A stretch of DNA of 56,270 nt from Eledone cirrhosa (lineage: Eukaryota): the NCBI GenBank assembly GCA_964016885.1, contig CAXHJY010000251.1, forward strand, positions 1 through 56,270. The letters are read 5' to 3'. The notes beneath the pieces are model-generated. The model ran no database searches and had not been told where the DNA came from. It worked only from the letters and a program-made list of their open reading frames with translations. The translations under genes were made by a program, and so were the position numbers. Every line of letters begins with the position of its first letter. Positions within the stretch are counted from its first letter, which is position 1. Positions 54,574 through 56,270 of the stretch are shown here, one piece after another.

Positions 54574-54608
54574 TACAGCATGGGCTGGGTGGGGAAGGGC
54601 ATGCTGTA
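54574..54608 (+). other. Canonical G-quadruplex-forming motif (54582-54599) inside a 9-bp inverted repeat at the right array junction
   Basis: The sequence is TACAGCATG-ggctgggtggggaaggg-CATGCTGTA. The G-tracts GGG-ct-GGG-t-GGGG-aa-GGG fit the G3+N1-7 x4 pattern. This is a sequence motif only, and folding is untested. Confidence 0.7.
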
Positions 54609-54616
54609 CATATGCT

Positions 54617-55392
54617 TCAGCTTGTGTTCCTGGTAAGTCGGGTCTTCTGTATTACTGCACATCGCCAGATATCACGGTCACGTGTCATCTCCTCTAAGAG
54701 GTACAATTGGGCAAGGTCGGCTTGTATCACCTCACCCCAGGTCTTCCAACGTCTCCCCACTCCAAGGCTTCCAACAACTAAGCCCTCTGCACTTTTTATG
54801 CAGCTGTCATCCTTTATACACATCACATGTCCATACCAATGCAATCTCCTCTCCTGCACACAGCATTTGACTTCTCTTATGCCTAGTTTCTCTCTCAGTT
54901 CATTTATGCTTCGATTTTCTCGCATATTACTATTACACATCCATCGGAGCATGCAGGCTTCATTTCTTTCCAATCTACACAAGTCTTCTGCATGCAGCAC
55001 CCAAGTCTCACTACCATGTAACATAGCTGTACATACGGATACATCATACCATCTGCCTTTCATTCTGAGGGAGAAGCTTTTGTAGCCAGCAGTGGCAGTA
55101 GCACCCTGATCTTCCTCCATCCCATTCTTACTCTGGTTACTGTACTTTCAGCACACCCAACATTGCTGATAATTCGGTCACCTAAGTAGCAGAAGCTATC
55201 TACTGTTTCAACAGAGCCCTCTTAGAATTTGGTAGGGCTTGTTTCTTGCGATTGTTTGCTGCTTACTGTTCCAGTGCAACTGTCACACGTAAAGCCTACA
55301 TTCTTAGCTAAACTTACTGAGATCCCACTACATCTCTTGTGTACCTATATTCTCCATATGGGGCAGAGGATGGAATGTCTATCAATGCCTTT
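54617..55392 (-). pseudogene. Decayed RTE-clade LINE ORF, 3' part (PHD-like finger end, RT YLG motif, C-terminal domain)
   Basis: Manual translation gives [23 protein letters not shown]...FTCDSCTG...KF*EGSVETVDSFCYLGDRI...RVRMGWRKIRVLLPLLATK, then a frameshift at ~55078, then FSLRMKGRWYDVSVCTAMLHGSETW...MLRWMC...LREKLGI...RRLHWYGHV...GRRWKTW...DRDIWR. GSETW, RLxWYGHV, GRxxKTW and DRxxWR are hallmark RTE motifs. In-frame stops lie at 55345-47 and 55222-24, and the natural TGA is at 54617-19. Confidence 0.92.
55350..55392 (+). repeat. 43-bp direct repeat, copy 1 (target-site-duplication-like)
   Basis: TTCTCCATATGGGGCAGAGGATGGAATGTCTATCAATGCCTTT; 42/43 identical to 55979-56021. Confidence 0.97.
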
Positions 55393-55541
55393 ATATATGC
55401 ATATATATATATTTATATATATATATATGTAAATATGTATATATGCATATATATATGTATTTATGTATGTATGTATATATGTCTGTATATATGTATATAT
55501 ATATATGTATATATGTCTGTATATATGTATGTAGCTATATG

Positions 55542-55572
<31 letters not shown>

Positions 55573-55662
55573 GTGTATGTATATATATATATATATGTCT
55601 GTTTATATGTATATATATATATGTCTGTTTATATGTATATAAATATATGTCTGTTTATATGT

Positions 55663-55693
<31 letters not shown>

Positions 55694-55978
55694 TATATAT
55701 ATATATGTATATATATATAAGTATGTTTATATGTATATATATATAAGTATGTTTATATGTATATATATACATATGTGTATATATATGTATATGTATATAT
55801 ATATGTGTATATATATGTATATGTATATATATATGTGTATATATATGTATATATATGTGTATATATATGTGTATATATATATATATATATGTGTATATAT
55901 ATGTATATGTATATATATATGTGTATATATATGTATATATATATATAAGTGTGTATATATATGTGTATGTATATGTAT
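55393..55978. repeat. Complex (TA)n/(TATG)n microsatellite, 586 bp, inserted into the LINE ORF
   Basis: Almost pure T/A alternation with interspersed G. Internal sub-periods include atatgtctgtttatatgt x3, ataagtatgtttatatgt x2 and a 30-bp unit at ~55771-55830. Confidence 0.97.
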
Positions 55979-56021
55979 TTCTCCATATGAGGCAGAGGAT
56001 GGAATGTCTATCAATGCCTTT
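55979..56021 (+). repeat. 43-bp direct repeat, copy 2
   Basis: TTCTCCATATGAGGCAGAGGATGGAATGTCTATCAATGCCTTT; offset 629 bp from copy 1. Confidence 0.97.
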
Positions 56022-56052
56022 CCTACATACTGGACAAGGCGATTTCTCTGGC
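55979..56052 (-). pseudogene. Upstream continuation of the RTE ORF (start of PHD-like Zn finger); 5' end of the visible LINE fragment
   Basis: Translates to [20 protein letters not shown], which joins the 55392 segment to give CxxC...C...HxxC...CxxC spacing. Confidence 0.8.
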
Positions 56053-56270
56053 CTTGCAATCGAAAGGTTGTGAGTTCAATTCTCAGACCGGGTGATGTGT
56101 TGTTTCCTTGAGCAAGACACTTTATTTCACATTGCTCCAGTTTACTCAGCTGTAGAAATGAGATGATAGGGACTGGGGTCCATATCATTCCACTGCAAAG
56201 TGGACGTGGAGGTGCCACGGCAAAAAAGCACCCAGCCCTCACTGTAAATGAGGTTGGTGTTAGGAAGGGC
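56051..56270 (+). mobile_element. tRNA-derived CORE-type SINE, 5'-truncated, with LINE-3'UTR-like tail (runs off the window)
   Basis: B box GTTCAATTC lies at 56074-56082. Positions 56101-56168 (tgtttccttgagcaagacactttatttcacattgctccagtttactcagctgtagaaatgagatgata) resemble the MIR/CORE domain (tgtgaccttgggcaagtcactt...cagtttcctcatctgtaaaatggggataata). Positions 56193-56270 are homologous to the monomer plus the adjacent left flank. No A box is visible. Confidence 0.8.
56074..56082 (+). promoter_or_regulatory. RNA Pol III B box of the SINE head
   Basis: GTTCAATTC matches GWTCRANNC and lies just upstream of the CORE-like domain. Confidence 0.65.

Larger units (their letters stand above)
350..54590. 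repeat. 48-bp tandem satellite array, ~54.2 kb, ~1,130 monomers, single orientation
   Basis: Continuous repetition of TGGGCTGGGTGCTTTTTGCTGTGTCTTTCACATGTCCACTTTACAGCA (19 T, 12 G, 11 C, 6 A; 48% GC), usually with a few substitutions per copy. Occasional 47-bp (tttcagtgtcc; catggttagg), 49-bp (gatgcatttttg; gtgttcttt), 46-bp and 43-bp variants occur. No foreign insertion or inversion was seen. The copy number is length divided by 48. Confidence 0.99.

Noticed and set aside
350-54590. CRISPR array or other repeat-spacer / variable-cassette system
   Set aside because: There are no unique spacers, the whole 48 bp is repeated, no cas or recombinase genes are present, and the context is eukaryotic.
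331-54602. The 10-bp inverted repeat as DNA-transposon/MITE terminal inverted repeats carrying the array
   Set aside because: There is no TSD outside the arms, and the left arm is part of the retroposon tail also present in the SINE at 56263-56270.
270-55085. Hundreds of long plus-strand ORFs (up to 836 aa) with Cys/His/hydrophobic 16-aa repeats
   Set aside because: The 48-bp unit is stop-free in all three plus frames. ORFs swap among the three peptide repeats at 1-bp indels that have themselves been amplified, and stop-creating variants spread freely. There is no sign of frame conservation.
54617-55120. 167-aa ORF as a standalone gene
   Set aside because: It is the post-frameshift C-terminal piece of a dead RTE ORF, and its first ~14 residues are out-of-frame LINE sequence.
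56051-56100. Possible tRNA gene
   Set aside because: Only a B-box/T-arm-like remnant is present, with no cloverleaf or A box, and it is followed by a SINE CORE-like domain.
55229-56242. Tyr/Ile/Met-rich ORFs (also 60-263)
   Set aside because: They are translations of (TA)n microsatellites.

Overview
Eukaryotic (animal) repetitive DNA with no intact protein-coding gene. The flanking repeats resemble cephalopod/octopus retroposons, which is an inference from recalled family motifs. About 96% of the window (~350-54590) is one uninterrupted head-to-tail satellite of a 48-bp monomer (~1,130 copies; consensus TGGGCTGGGTGCTTTTTGCTGTGTCTTTCACATGTCCACTTTACAG[CA/TG]) with nested higher-order duplications (96, 283, 480, 1725, 4316, 6760 and 8631 bp). 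The hundreds of ORFs over the array are artefacts of a stop-free monomer whose length is divisible by 3. The flanks suggest where the array came from. On the minus strand, a decayed RTE-clade LINE ORF (PHD-like finger, RT YLG motif, RTE C-terminus; ~56052 to 54617) stops 26 bp before the array, and the rest of a LINE-type 3' end with a (GAT)n tail resumes on the far side (349 to 200). The satellite therefore appears to have expanded inside the 3' UTR of one retrotransposon copy. An oppositely oriented tRNA-derived CORE-SINE at the right edge carries one unexpanded homologue of the monomer in its LINE-like tail. Other points: a G4 motif and hairpin at the right junction, a 10-bp inverted repeat bracketing the array, CpG-decay-like variants, symmetric layering of variants, and a TA-rich insertion flanked by a 43-bp duplication within the LINE ORF.
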